This document shows, piece after piece, positions 1 through 9,711 of a stretch of 64,000 nt of DNA (position 1 is the stretch's first letter; the number at the start of each line of letters is the position of its first letter). The position numbers and the translations under genes were made by a program. The notes below the pieces were generated by a model. The model saw only the letters and a program-made list of their open reading frames with translations, searched no databases and was not told the DNA's origin. This DNA comes from Candidatus Poseidoniales archaeon (GTDB taxonomy: Archaea; Thermoplasmatota; Poseidoniia; Poseidoniales; Poseidoniaceae). The stretch is from positions 13,456-77,455 of the forward strand of contig BOYQ01000005.1 of assembly GCA_019651595.1 (NCBI GenBank), read 5' to 3'.

Positions 1-339
1 CAGTGTGGAACCTTATCGTTCCCTACTCCTTCCGGAGACATCTCCTGCACGAACTACAAGTGCGGCTACAAGGGACCTGCAAATGTCAAAACCAAGATTG
101 GGGGCAAGGAAGTCGACCTTTCCAAGGCCACCTCCAGCACCAAGGTCGAATCTCGCGACTACGAGGTGATCAAGGACTCGGACAACATGCAGGGCATCTT
201 GACCACGGGGGACTACATGTGCCCGAAGTGCGATTGCGTGGAAGTCTACGCCTACCTCGAACAGACCCGTTCCTCTGACGAGCCGGAAACTCGAATGCTG
301 ACCTGCAAAGAGTGCGGCAACGGTTGGCGAGAATACTGA
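1..339 (+). CDS. tfs: Transcription factor S (TFS/RpoM family), 5'-truncated by the window edge
   Basis: Frame +1, translated by hand and absent from the ORF track: QCGTL...CTNYKC...CPKCDCVEVYAYLEQTRSSDEPETRMLTCKECGNGWREY*. C-terminal Zn ribbon with the QTRSxDEP acidic hairpin. Confidence 0.93.
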   Translation, partial: QCGTLSFPTPSGDISCTNYKCGYKGPANVKTKIGGKEVDLSKATSSTKVESRDYEVIKDSDNMQGILTTGDYMCPKCDCVEVYAYLEQTRSSDEPETRMLTCKECGNGWREY

Positions 340-340
340 A

Positions 341-1081
341 TCAGTAATCGGATTCAACCCGAGGTGCCAGGAAGTAGAGCACTTCGCCAGCGCCGTCGTT
401 GAAGGTGAATTCGAGGCTCAGCGGGAAACTCTCCCCGAAGCCCAACTTGACGGTCCCGAGGGAGCCGAACACCTTGGACAGCGGCACGAGGTAGGTCAGC
501 GAGTATTGGCTGCGTGCAGGTTTGGAACAGTTGAGCGACTCGAGTTCGTCCTTGGAGAAACTGACCGTGACCGAATCGGTTTGACCCTGCACGTGAACGG
601 TGAAGGAATTACCGTCGATGCTGAAGTTGACCAAGTCGCCCACCTGCTTGGCAGCTCGAAGGGCTTGGGCGAGGGAAGCCCCGTTGATTTCGATGGAAGA
701 GGGAATGTCGATGTTGGGCAGGTTGGGCGAGTTCACGGTGCTCGGGTCGAGGGGGCGGATGTTTCGGTCGATCTTTCCGAGGTTGAGCGTGAGGACACCG
801 GAATCCTTGGTGTAGGCCATTTCGATGAGGTCGTCGGCCCCGCCGAGGCTGATGAGTTCCTTGACCTTTCGAAGTTCCAAGGCGAGGTCGTTTTCCTCAA
901 TTTCCCAGGTGTCAAAAGCAGCGGCGTCGACCTTCATGTCGATCATCGCCACGTGCGAGGCGTCCACGACGGTCGCCTGCATTTTGTCTTCTTTGAACTC
1001 GAAGCGTGCGTCCTCAACGACCACGCCCAGAGTTTCAACAATTTTGTTCATCAAGTCCTGTCGGGCCGTGACGTTCAACAT
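341..1081 (-). CDS. pcn: DNA polymerase sliding clamp PCNA
   Basis: 246 aa; VDASHVAMI motif, SQYSLTYL and C-terminal YFLAPRVE are typical of PCNA. Confidence 0.96.
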   Translation of the reverse strand: MLNVTARQDLMNKIVETLGVVVEDARFEFKEDKMQATVVDASHVAMIDMKVDAAAFDTWEIEENDLALELRKVKELISLGGADDLIEMAYTKDSGVLTLNLGKIDRNIRPLDPSTVNSPNLPNIDIPSSIEINGASLAQALRAAKQVGDLVNFSIDGNSFTVHVQGQTDSVTVSFSKDELESLNCSKPARSQYSLTYLVPLSKVFGSLGTVKLGFGESFPLSLEFTFNDGAGEVLYFLAPRVESDY

Positions 1082-1239
1082 GAGTTCATCCCTCTCTACA
1101 GCAAAAGGCCCCCGCGACGGCTTATGAACTTAGCACAAACGCAAGCATGAACGGACGCGTTCGTGCGCGGTTCCAATCTTTCGGCTTGTTCTCCGCGCAT
1201 GGAGAAGAATTATACGAATCCATCAGAAACAAACCTCCC

Positions 1240-2163
1240 ATGAAGCCCGCAGCCCGTGTCCTTTCAGCCGTTCTCTTGACCAGCATGCTGATGCTCTCCG
1301 GATGCCTTGGAACAGACACCGGATGAAACGGATGGCCGAAGGCGGGGGCATCATCCCAACAGCCCAGGGCAGCACAACCACCGTGGTGAACGGGAATTAC
1401 CTCCCCATTGTCAATGCTTACCAACGGTGCCGGATGGCTCCGCTTTCACGACCAAACGTCCAAGTTACAACAGCACTTCGGTTTCTACAACGGAACCCTT
1501 CTTGGAATGAACGTATCTGTGTACCACAGCGCCATTGATCCGGACGGCACCACGCTCGCCATGGGCTGGGACACGAACCTTGACGGTGTTGTTGACGTCC
1601 CTGTTTCAGCACCACAAGGTTTCACGGTGTTCTACATCCCCATTCCAGACTGGAACACCGTGCCGGACACCGAGCAACAACTCGCACATGGTGAGCATTG
1701 CATTCCACGCCACCGATGCAAACGGTGGAAGAGATGTTGCTCTTCTTGACTTGCAATCTCGCAACCCCGTCGGCCCGTGGTGGATGACAGGTCAAAACGG
1801 ATTCTACGCCATGAGCGGTAAAGACGCACAAGGTTCTCCCGGTACCGGCACTGCAGACAACCTCATCATGCTGACCATGGACCAGGGCGGCGACATCAAC
1901 TGGGCTGCCGTTTCTGTCAAACTGGCTATCGATGGAGCAGCCCCGGTGACTGCAGACAACCCTGGTGTTGAGGGGCACCTCCGTCTGCAGTCTTGTCGAG
2001 TTCGGAAACACGAGACGCCAAGTTTGGTCCGTGGGAGATGGCGTGACGGTGGTTGAGAACGGTCAGGACCTCTGCTCTGGCAGCTGTTCCATCGATCGTT
2101 GCCCATCACGACACCCGTGAAGGCAAGGTCATTGACACCACCAACGGCGTGGTTGCTGAGTGA
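1240..2163 (+). CDS. Putative lipoprotein/surface protein, frameshifted in this sequence
   Basis: ATG at 1240 gives MKPAARVLSAVLLTSMLMLSGC (lipobox-like). Coding continues through track ORFs 1408-1749 and 1535-2056 and ends ...IDTTNGVVAE* at 2163; several frame changes are needed. Confidence 0.6.
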
Positions 2164-2209
2164 GATTTTCAACCTTGATTTCTTATGAGGCGGGCGTGTC
2201 GCCTGTCCC

Positions 2210-3335
2210 ATGGGCGAAGGTGAGACGGTCCCCGTTTTGCTCAAAGAGGACGGCACGCCGTACAAAACGGCCGTGCTGATCCCCACCATCAACAACGCCG
2301 ACGAACTTGACATCGTCCTCGAGCGCCTCGGCAAGCAAACCTATCCGCATTTTGAGCTCATCATCGCTGATTCCAAATCCAAAGACCACACCAAGGCGGT
2401 CTGCGAAAAGCACGGCGCCACGTGGATTGACGACCCTTCCCGCAACCGTGCCGACGCCTGCAACTTTGCGTTGCGCCAGATGGACCACGACCTCGTGCTC
2501 TTCACCGACGACGACACCGTGCCCCCCTTGGACTGGGTGGCCAAACTGGTGCGCTGGTTCGACAACCCCGAGGTCGGGGCGGTGGGCGGACCCAACTTCG
2601 CCCCCGACGACGACCCGTTCGGCGCCAAGTGCGCCGACGTGGCGTTCTGCACGAAGTTCATGACCGCCGGCACCCGCTACGGTGCTCAACCCAAAGGCGA
2701 GCTCGTACCCATTACGCACAATCCGGGCGTGAACTGCGCTCACCGAATGGCGAACCTGCGGGAAGTGGATTTCTTGAAGAGGGGTCATTGGCGCCGAAGA
2801 CGCCGTCCTCGATCCAAAATTCAACGCAAGGGCCACAAGTTGTTCATCGACCCTTCAAACGTCATGCCGCACCGACGACGACGACCGTTCAAGCCGTACA
2901 TGAAGCAGATGCGAAACTCGGCTACACCCGCATGGTGGCCAACAAACGCTGGCCTGAAATTGCGACGTGGTCCCACACCGCCATCGGTTTCTTCCCACCC
3001 TTGGTGGTCCTCGCCCTGGCCGCCATGGTGTACGGTGGCCTCTCGGGCGGCGCTGCTGCCGACCTTGGTTCACGTTGAGCGGTGACTGGAACGCTGCGTG
3101 TCGCCTTCCACATTCCGCTGGGCCTCGTGTGCGCCTACATCGGCATCTCGTGGCTCGGAGCAGCCATCGGTACGTCGCCCCATCGCTCGTCGGCACCGTG
3201 TTCTTGGCGCCGCTGTTCGTCTTCCTCGCTCAGTGGGCCTACGGGCAAGGTGTCATCAAGGCCTGGCGAGAAATCCGCCGAACCGGCGGACGGGCCGGTG
3301 AAGGCTCGCAAATTGACGACCTGCGGACCGCTTGA
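2210..3335 (+). CDS. Glycosyltransferase family 2 with C-terminal membrane segments, frameshifted
   Basis: VLIPTIN, IIADSKSKD, FTDDD (DxD) and VGAVGG motifs. The C-terminus continues in ORFs 2629-3078, 3082-3435 and 2967-3335. Confidence 0.85.
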
Positions 3336-3412
3336 CGGACAACGCTCGCAAAGGCCGCCCTGCTCGCTGACGCTGGCGAACGTTGATGGTCGCACGGGGG
3401 TCCAAGCCACTC

Positions 3413-3700
3413 ATGGCGCGTCCAACGCTCGCTGAACGGCTCTCAGCGTTGGACCAACCGGACCATGCGACGGACGCCAGCGCCATATGGAACTCCGTTC
3501 GGCCGTTGTTGGTGCTGGGGCGCATCATCATGGTTGGCTTCATCATCATCGTGGGCGAGGTGTTCGACGACGTCCGCATGGCAGGGTTGACCATCGGGGT
3601 GTGGGCCCTCATCCTCGGCATTCCTCTCTTCCTGCTGATCTCAGCCGTCATCACCTACGTTGACCGCCTGGTTCGAGGTGAAGAGGAAACACCTCCGTGA
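3413..3700 (+). CDS. Small membrane protein with two TM helices
   Basis: Two hydrophobic stretches; codon style matches neighbouring genes. Confidence 0.65.
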   Translation: MARPTLAERLSALDQPDHATDASAIWNSVRPLLVLGRIIMVGFIIIVGEVFDDVRMAGLTIGVWALILGIPLFLLISAVITYVDRLVRGEEETPP

Positions 3701-3751
3701 TCGGTGCCGGTCAGACGAAGAATGAAAAGGACGGGTGGCCATCTACGGCGC

Positions 3752-6230
3752 ATGAACAGGAAGGTCGGTGCTGTTGCGCTTCTCTTCTTGTTGTGCTCGT
3801 GCCCCTCGGCCAAGTCAACGCCAACAGCGGCGGCCGATTCAATTCCTCCAACGGCTGCGGTTGCCACGGCGGTTCGGTGGTGTCACGCCGGTGCTGTCGG
3901 GTTTGCCTTCGACCTACGCAGCCCTGACGACTTACAGTCTGACCGTCGGCATGAGCACGTCGCCCGGAACCGGAGGATTCAACCTCGACGTGAATCGAGG
4001 TTCGCTGAGCAACGGCGATACCAACACACAAGTGGCCTCCAACGGTCGCCAAGCCACGCACGATTATTCGCCGGGAACGAGCACCTGGACGATGGACTGG
4101 ACGGCCCCCGCCTCGGGTTCCGGGAGCGTGTTGTTCAAACTCGCCGTCCTTTCAGGCAACGGCAACGGCGGGACCAGCGGTGATGATTACGACACCTACA
4201 GCATCACCCTTTCCGAAGAGGTGTCCACCAACAACGACCCCGTGGCCAGCGATGTGTTGCTCACGCCGATCGATGCCGACACGACCGACGCCCTCACCCT
4301 GACCTACACGTACAGCGACGACGACGGAGATCCCGAAAGCGGGACGACCATCGCCTGGTACCGAAACGGAGCCCTACAGCCCGGCCACACCACGACCGTC
4401 CTGCCATCCTCGGCCACCAACAAAGGCGAGGCGTGGCATGCTGTGGTCACGCCCTCTGACGGCATCGACGACGGAACGCCCGTCTCCTCGCCCACGGTGA
4501 CCGTCGCCAACCGAGCCCCCGATGTTCTCAACCTCGCGGTCAGCGACGAAGCACCGGACACCAACGATGACGTGACCTTCACCTACCAAACCAGCGACGT
4601 TGATGGCGATGGCATCACCTCAACCGACGTCCGCTGGATGCTTGACGGCGTCCAAGTGAACTCGCTCGACGACGCCATGACGCTCCCCGCCGTGGCCACC
4701 GCGTTGGGAGTTTGGACCGTGCAGTTCGTGCCTCGGACGGCGCCGACCTGTCGGAGTGGGCCGAATCGCCCGCCATCACGGTGGGTCCGACAACCAAGGG
4801 CCGGTCATCACCGACCTGACAATTTCACCAGCCAACCCCACGACGCAGCACGACCTGTCCGTCTCGTGGACGGCACGGACCCCGAGGGCGATGACGTGGT
4901 CGAAACGGTGCTGATCTGGTCGCTCGACGGCAATCACGTGCCCGAGGCGGACGGATTGAACCCGCTCCCAGCCTCGTTCACCGTGCGCGGTGAGGCATGG
5001 ACGGTGGCCGTTCAGGCCAACGACGGAAACGCATGGGGTGTTGCGGTCGAGGCCATCGTGAGCATCGAAAACGCCGCCCCAGAGGTCAACGTTTCACTGG
5101 CCTCCCCCACGTTCACCGCCCTCGATGACCTGGTGATGGTCCTCAACGCATCGGATGCGGACGGCGACACCACGACGTTGGAAAGCGTCCGTTGGTACCT
5201 GAACGACGGGTTGCAAAGCGCTCACACCACCGACACCTTGCCCGCCGCTGCATTGACGCGAGGCGATGCGTGGTACGCCGTGGTCACGGTGGCCGACGGC
5301 CTTACACAGATCGAGGCGACCTCACCGACCGTTGTCGTGGTCAACGCTCCGCCACAGGTCAGCATCACCTGGCCGGAAGCACCGACGGCGCTCGACGATT
5401 TGGTGCCCTCCATCACGATTGACGATGCGGACGGCGACCTCGTTGAGGTCGCAACGACCTGGTACAAAAACGGGTTCCGCGATGCAGGGCTGACCAACGC
5501 CACCATGGTGTCCTCGGAGCGATTGGCCCCCGAACAAACGTGGCGTTTGATCGTCGTGGCAGACGACGGGAAGGCAACCAGCGGCGAAGTTGAATCGTTG
5601 ACCACACTGGTCAACCTCCCACCTACAGCGTTGATCGAGCAGGTTTCGTCCAACGTGTGGTTCAACGAGACCACCGTGTTGTCCGCCGTCGCATCGACGG
5701 ACCCCGACGGCACCTTGAGCCGATTCGAATGGTCGTGGGATGGCGGCACCTCAACGGGAGAAACGCTGGCGTTGGTGTTGAAGGCACCAACGGACGTCAC
5801 CCTCACGGTCATTGACGAACACGGTGCAACCAACGAAACGACGGTCTCGCTCAGCCTCAAAATCGGCCCGTCCATTCGAGACCTTGAGGTGTTCACCGAT
5901 GACCGCGGCGATGTCCGATTGACGTGGAGGTGGACGGGCGATGCGGTGGCCTACAACATCCTCCGCGACGGTGTCATCATCGCCACCACGGACGTTGGTT
6001 CCTACGAGGACCAACCGCCGCTGAGCGGCACCACCCACTACACGGTTCAGCCGTTCAACGACGAGCGGACCTTCATCGGTGGCAGTGATACGATTTCAGC
6101 CACGCTCACCGACGTGGTCGTCGAAGAGCCTGGGCCGGCCACCGGCCTGGGTTATGCCTTGGGAGGTCTCATCGTCTTGGCCTTGCTCGTTCTTCCCGTT
6201 CTTTCACGCCGAGGAGGTGAATCGTCCTGA
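3752..6230 (+). CDS. Secreted, membrane-anchored protein: Reeler-like (choice-of-anchor V type) N-domain, tandem Ig-like repeats, PKD-like domain, C-terminal TM; frameshifted
   Basis: Signal peptide from ATG 3752; NSGG..GCGCHG motif in an adjacent frame; GGFNL and WTAP motifs; repeated YxDxDGD...W..NG...GxxW..VTPxDG units; C-terminal hydrophobic anchor followed by RR. Confidence 0.75.
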
Positions 6231-6250
6231 AGCGAAGCACCGTCTTCATC

Positions 6251-7195
6251 GTGGTCGCTCTGCTCCTCGTGCTGCCCACGCTGGGCTCGGCCAACCCCAA
6301 CGGCGTGGGGTCGGGCACGTTTGACGCACAATGCGGTGGTGCCTGCCACGGCGACGCCGACATGAACCGATCCTCAGCGGCCATCGTTGAGGTGGACGGC
6401 CCCGAAGTGGCCTACGAAGGCCTGCTCACCAGCGTCTCCATCACCGTTTCCAACATCGAAACCACGACCAGCGGTCTGCTGGGCATCTTCCTGCTCTCCG
6501 ACCTTTCGGGGGCCGGCGATACGCCGGACGATGCGGGTTGGACCGTCGTTTCCAACAGCGAAGGAGGCACCGAAAACTACGTTGAAGCTCGCATCAACAC
6601 CGGGCAAACCGAACACACGGTGGAGTGGACCCTCCGTGCGCCAGCGAGCGGTCAACACCTTCTCTATGGCGCCATCCACCACGGGACGGAAGACGGCAGT
6701 GAAGCCCCGTTCTTTGGCGCCTCCGCCGTACCGGCCAGCGTTGAGGTGCGCCCGGTACCCGAGAACCTTCCACGCCTCGGCCCCGACTTTGAGCCACCCG
6801 TTCTCCGGGACGTGGGTGCCACCACGACCGTGGTGATGCAAACGGTGGACGTGGACGCAGTGCGAGTTGAGTGGCGTTTGGCCAACGGCGAAGGCACGGA
6901 CGTGACCGTCATCGGCGAAGGCGAGGCGTGGACTTTCGAACTCCCAGCCACGCTTCAACCGGTGGCGATTCAGTGGCGAGCGCACCTGACCGGGGAAGGG
7001 CCGGAGCAAGCGACCCCATGGTTCACCCTCCAAAGCGAGAACCCTTCGTGGACGGTGGATGAAAACGCAGCCTACCTGCAATCCTTCGCCATGGTGCTGG
7101 CGTTCATGGCCGGCTTCTTATCGCTCCAGCGGCGCTCATCGGGCAAAGCGACCGAATTTGATTCGGTGATGTTTGACAGCGAGGTGGACCTCTGA
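6251..7195 (+). CDS. Secreted Reeler-like domain protein with C-terminal TM
   Basis: Signal peptide, ANPNG..CGGACHG motif, WTLRAP, C-terminal TM followed by RR. The true start is probably near 6217 (GGAGGTGA) with an indel. Confidence 0.7.
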   Translation: MVALLLVLPTLGSANPNGVGSGTFDAQCGGACHGDADMNRSSAAIVEVDGPEVAYEGLLTSVSITVSNIETTTSGLLGIFLLSDLSGAGDTPDDAGWTVVSNSEGGTENYVEARINTGQTEHTVEWTLRAPASGQHLLYGAIHHGTEDGSEAPFFGASAVPASVEVRPVPENLPRLGPDFEPPVLRDVGATTTVVMQTVDVDAVRVEWRLANGEGTDVTVIGEGEAWTFELPATLQPVAIQWRAHLTGEGPEQATPWFTLQSENPSWTVDENAAYLQSFAMVLAFMAGFLSLQRRSSGKATEFDSVMFDSEVDL

Positions 7196-7755
7196 TGGTG
7201 TCGGCAGCCACGCTCCACGTGGTGGCGACGGAACTCGCCGTCGGCTCGTTCGCCATGGCGGGTGTCGCCTTCCTCATGGCGGGTTTGGCCAGCCACGGGT
7301 GGTTGGTCAACTCGCGACACTTGCCCCTGGTCGACCACGTGGCCCATTTTGCGCTCGCCTTCGGGTTGGTGGCCATGCCGTTTGCCATCATCACCGGCAT
7401 CCAATCGAGCCCGGGCGACGGCATTGACCATCCCGTCCTCATCAACAAGATGTTGCTGGCATCAGCAGCGTTGGGTTTGGCACTGGGCGTGCTTCTTGCA
7501 CGACGGAGGCAAGGACACGACGTGTGGCTCCATCGCACCGGCCGACGCTGGCAAACCCTCGGTGGTCTCGGTGCGGTCGGCTTGGTGTTGATGACGGCGT
7601 CGCTGGGCGGCACGTTCAGCCGCGGTGAATCGCTGCTGGACATCTTCCGCCTGCCCTACGACCAAGTCCCGCTGATGCCGATGTGGTTGTCGGGTGCCGT
7701 GTTGGTGCTCGCCATCACCAACCTGGTGCTGTTGCGCCGTGAAACAACGGCGTGA
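7195..7755 (+). CDS. Multi-pass membrane protein (DUF2231-like)
   Basis: Five hydrophobic helices, AIITG and TASLGG motifs; start overlaps the upstream stop (TGATG). Confidence 0.65.
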   Translation: MVSAATLHVVATELAVGSFAMAGVAFLMAGLASHGWLVNSRHLPLVDHVAHFALAFGLVAMPFAIITGIQSSPGDGIDHPVLINKMLLASAALGLALGVLLARRRQGHDVWLHRTGRRWQTLGGLGAVGLVLMTASLGGTFSRGESLLDIFRLPYDQVPLMPMWLSGAVLVLAITNLVLLRRETTA

Positions 7756-9609
7756 TCACAGGCCGGCCATGTCGCCGGTTTGAATCGTCCACTGGCTGGC
7801 GTAGACGCCGCCCGAGGCGACCAAGTCGTCGTGCAAGCCACGCTCGACGATGGCACCGTCCACCATGGAGAGAATTTCGTTGGCGTTTCGAATCGTGCTG
7901 AGGCGATGAGCCACCGCGATGGTGCCACGTTCCTTGCCCGAGGAGAGCAGGTTCTCTTGGATTCGACGTTCGGTTTCGGCGTCCAATGCACTGCTGGCTT
8001 CATCGAGAATGAGCAAACTGGGCGCCTTGAGCAGCGCTCGTGCCAGCGAAATACGGGCCCGCTGTCCGCCACTCAGCATGGCGCCCCGATCGCCGACGAG
8101 GGTCTCAATTCCGTGTTCGAGTTCCTGAACGAACTCCCATGCCCCCGCCATCCGCAGGGCCTCTTCCAAGGAGGCGTCCGTTGCTTCCTGATTGTAGATG
8201 ACGTTGTCCTTGACCGAACCGTAGAACAGGAAGGGGTCCTGGCTGACGAAGCCGATGGCTTCGCGCAGGGAATGCAGCGTGTAGTCCGTGATGGGCCGTC
8301 CGTTCACCAAGACCTCGCCGCTGTCCGGCGTGTAGTAGCGCATCAGCAGTTTGAGGATCGTGGTTTTTCCAGCACCGGTGTGGCCCATCACGCCGAGGAA
8401 CTCACCCTCGTTCACCTTGAACGAAATGCCGTTCAGCACTTTGATGGTCGTGTTAGGGTAGGTGAAGTAGACGTCGTTGAACTCGACGGTTTTGATGCCA
8501 CCCTCAAGGGCCACGGCGTCGTCTTCGTCGACGATGGTGGGTTCAAGATCGACGGCAGCAAAGACGCGCCGTGCGGCGGCTTCGCCGCGCTGGAGTTGAT
8601 TGACGAGGATACCAAAAATGAACATCGGCATGGTCATTCGCGTGCTGATGAGCAGGAAGGTGACGAGTTGCCCGGTGGTGATTTCATCTTGGCTGGCCCA
8701 GTACCCGCCGGCGGTCGTCAACAACCCGAAGGCGACGCCTGCGACGGCGTAAATCATCGGAATGAATCGGTTGCGGTCGGCACTGGCGCCCATCGCCTGG
8801 TCCCTGTAAGACCCGGATTCAGCGGCCACCCGGTTCGCTTCCCACTGTTCAGCGTTGTACGCCTGAACGACGGCGATGCCCGAAATGAGGTTCTCGAGCA
8901 CGGCGTGGATGTCGCCGGTGGATTCTCGCTGCTTTCTGTATTTGCGCTGGACACGGGTCGAAAACCAGTACACGGCAGGGACGATGAAGAGGATGGGCGT
9001 GAACAACACAGCGGCGAGTTTCCAGGACATCAGCACGAGGATGAGGAAGGCGGTGCCGAAGGTGACGAAGATGCGGATGATGGAGGTTGACGAGTCCGAC
9101 ACCACGTCTTCGAGTTGGTTGACGTCGCTGGAAAGCACGGACATGATCTGGCCGGTTTGCCTCAGGTCGTAATACGAGGCCTCCATGGCGATGAGGGAGC
9201 GGGTGGCGTCCATGCGAAGGTCGTGTTGGATGTTGTAGCCCAGCGTTTGCCAAGAGTACTCCGAGATGCCTTGGAAGATTGCCAGACACAGAAACCCGAG
9301 AAAGATGATGACGCCGTAGCCGACGGCTGGGTCGCTGTGAATGGCCGTGACCACGTTTTGAACAACGGCCGGCCCGGAGAGGACGTCCGTCGTGAAGTAA
9401 TCCACCGCCAATCCGATGGCCACGAACGGCATCAGGTCAAAGAATCGGGCAGCAGCGTTGGCAAAGATCCCCGTGAGGACGCGCCCCGGGTATTTTTTGG
9501 CGTACGGGACGATGCGCCAGATTTGCTTGCCCAACACGTCGGCGTTGCCGTTGATGTCCTCGGGGGACATCTTGTCGCCGCCGCCTTTTGCTGCGTGGGC
9601 CGCCGTCAT
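7756..9609 (-). CDS. ABC transporter, fused permease/ATPase (ABCB/MsbA-like exporter)
   Basis: N-terminal TM domain; Walker A GHTGAGKT, signature LSGGQ, Walker B LILDE, H-loop AHRLST. Confidence 0.95.
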   Translation of the reverse strand: MTAAHAAKGGGDKMSPEDINGNADVLGKQIWRIVPYAKKYPGRVLTGIFANAAARFFDLMPFVAIGLAVDYFTTDVLSGPAVVQNVVTAIHSDPAVGYGVIIFLGFLCLAIFQGISEYSWQTLGYNIQHDLRMDATRSLIAMEASYYDLRQTGQIMSVLSSDVNQLEDVVSDSSTSIIRIFVTFGTAFLILVLMSWKLAAVLFTPILFIVPAVYWFSTRVQRKYRKQRESTGDIHAVLENLISGIAVVQAYNAEQWEANRVAAESGSYRDQAMGASADRNRFIPMIYAVAGVAFGLLTTAGGYWASQDEITTGQLVTFLLISTRMTMPMFIFGILVNQLQRGEAAARRVFAAVDLEPTIVDEDDAVALEGGIKTVEFNDVYFTYPNTTIKVLNGISFKVNEGEFLGVMGHTGAGKTTILKLLMRYYTPDSGEVLVNGRPITDYTLHSLREAIGFVSQDPFLFYGSVKDNVIYNQEATDASLEEALRMAGAWEFVQELEHGIETLVGDRGAMLSGGQRARISLARALLKAPSLLILDEASSALDAETERRIQENLLSSGKERGTIAVAHRLSTIRNANEILSMVDGAIVERGLHDDLVASGGVYASQWTIQTGDMAGL

Positions 9610-9711
9610 GATTCCCTGCCGAGGACCGAGACTCTTGAACCCTCGCCATGCGACCGTGGGACCTGACCGTTCAACCAATCCTTGATGAGGTTCCCCGGGC
9701 TGGAAGAAGCC

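Noticed and set aside
7780-9090. Long antisense ORFs (also 24409-25884, 27193-28575, 40249-41019 and others)
   Set aside because: Shadow ORFs opposite well-supported genes, expected from GC-rich codon bias.
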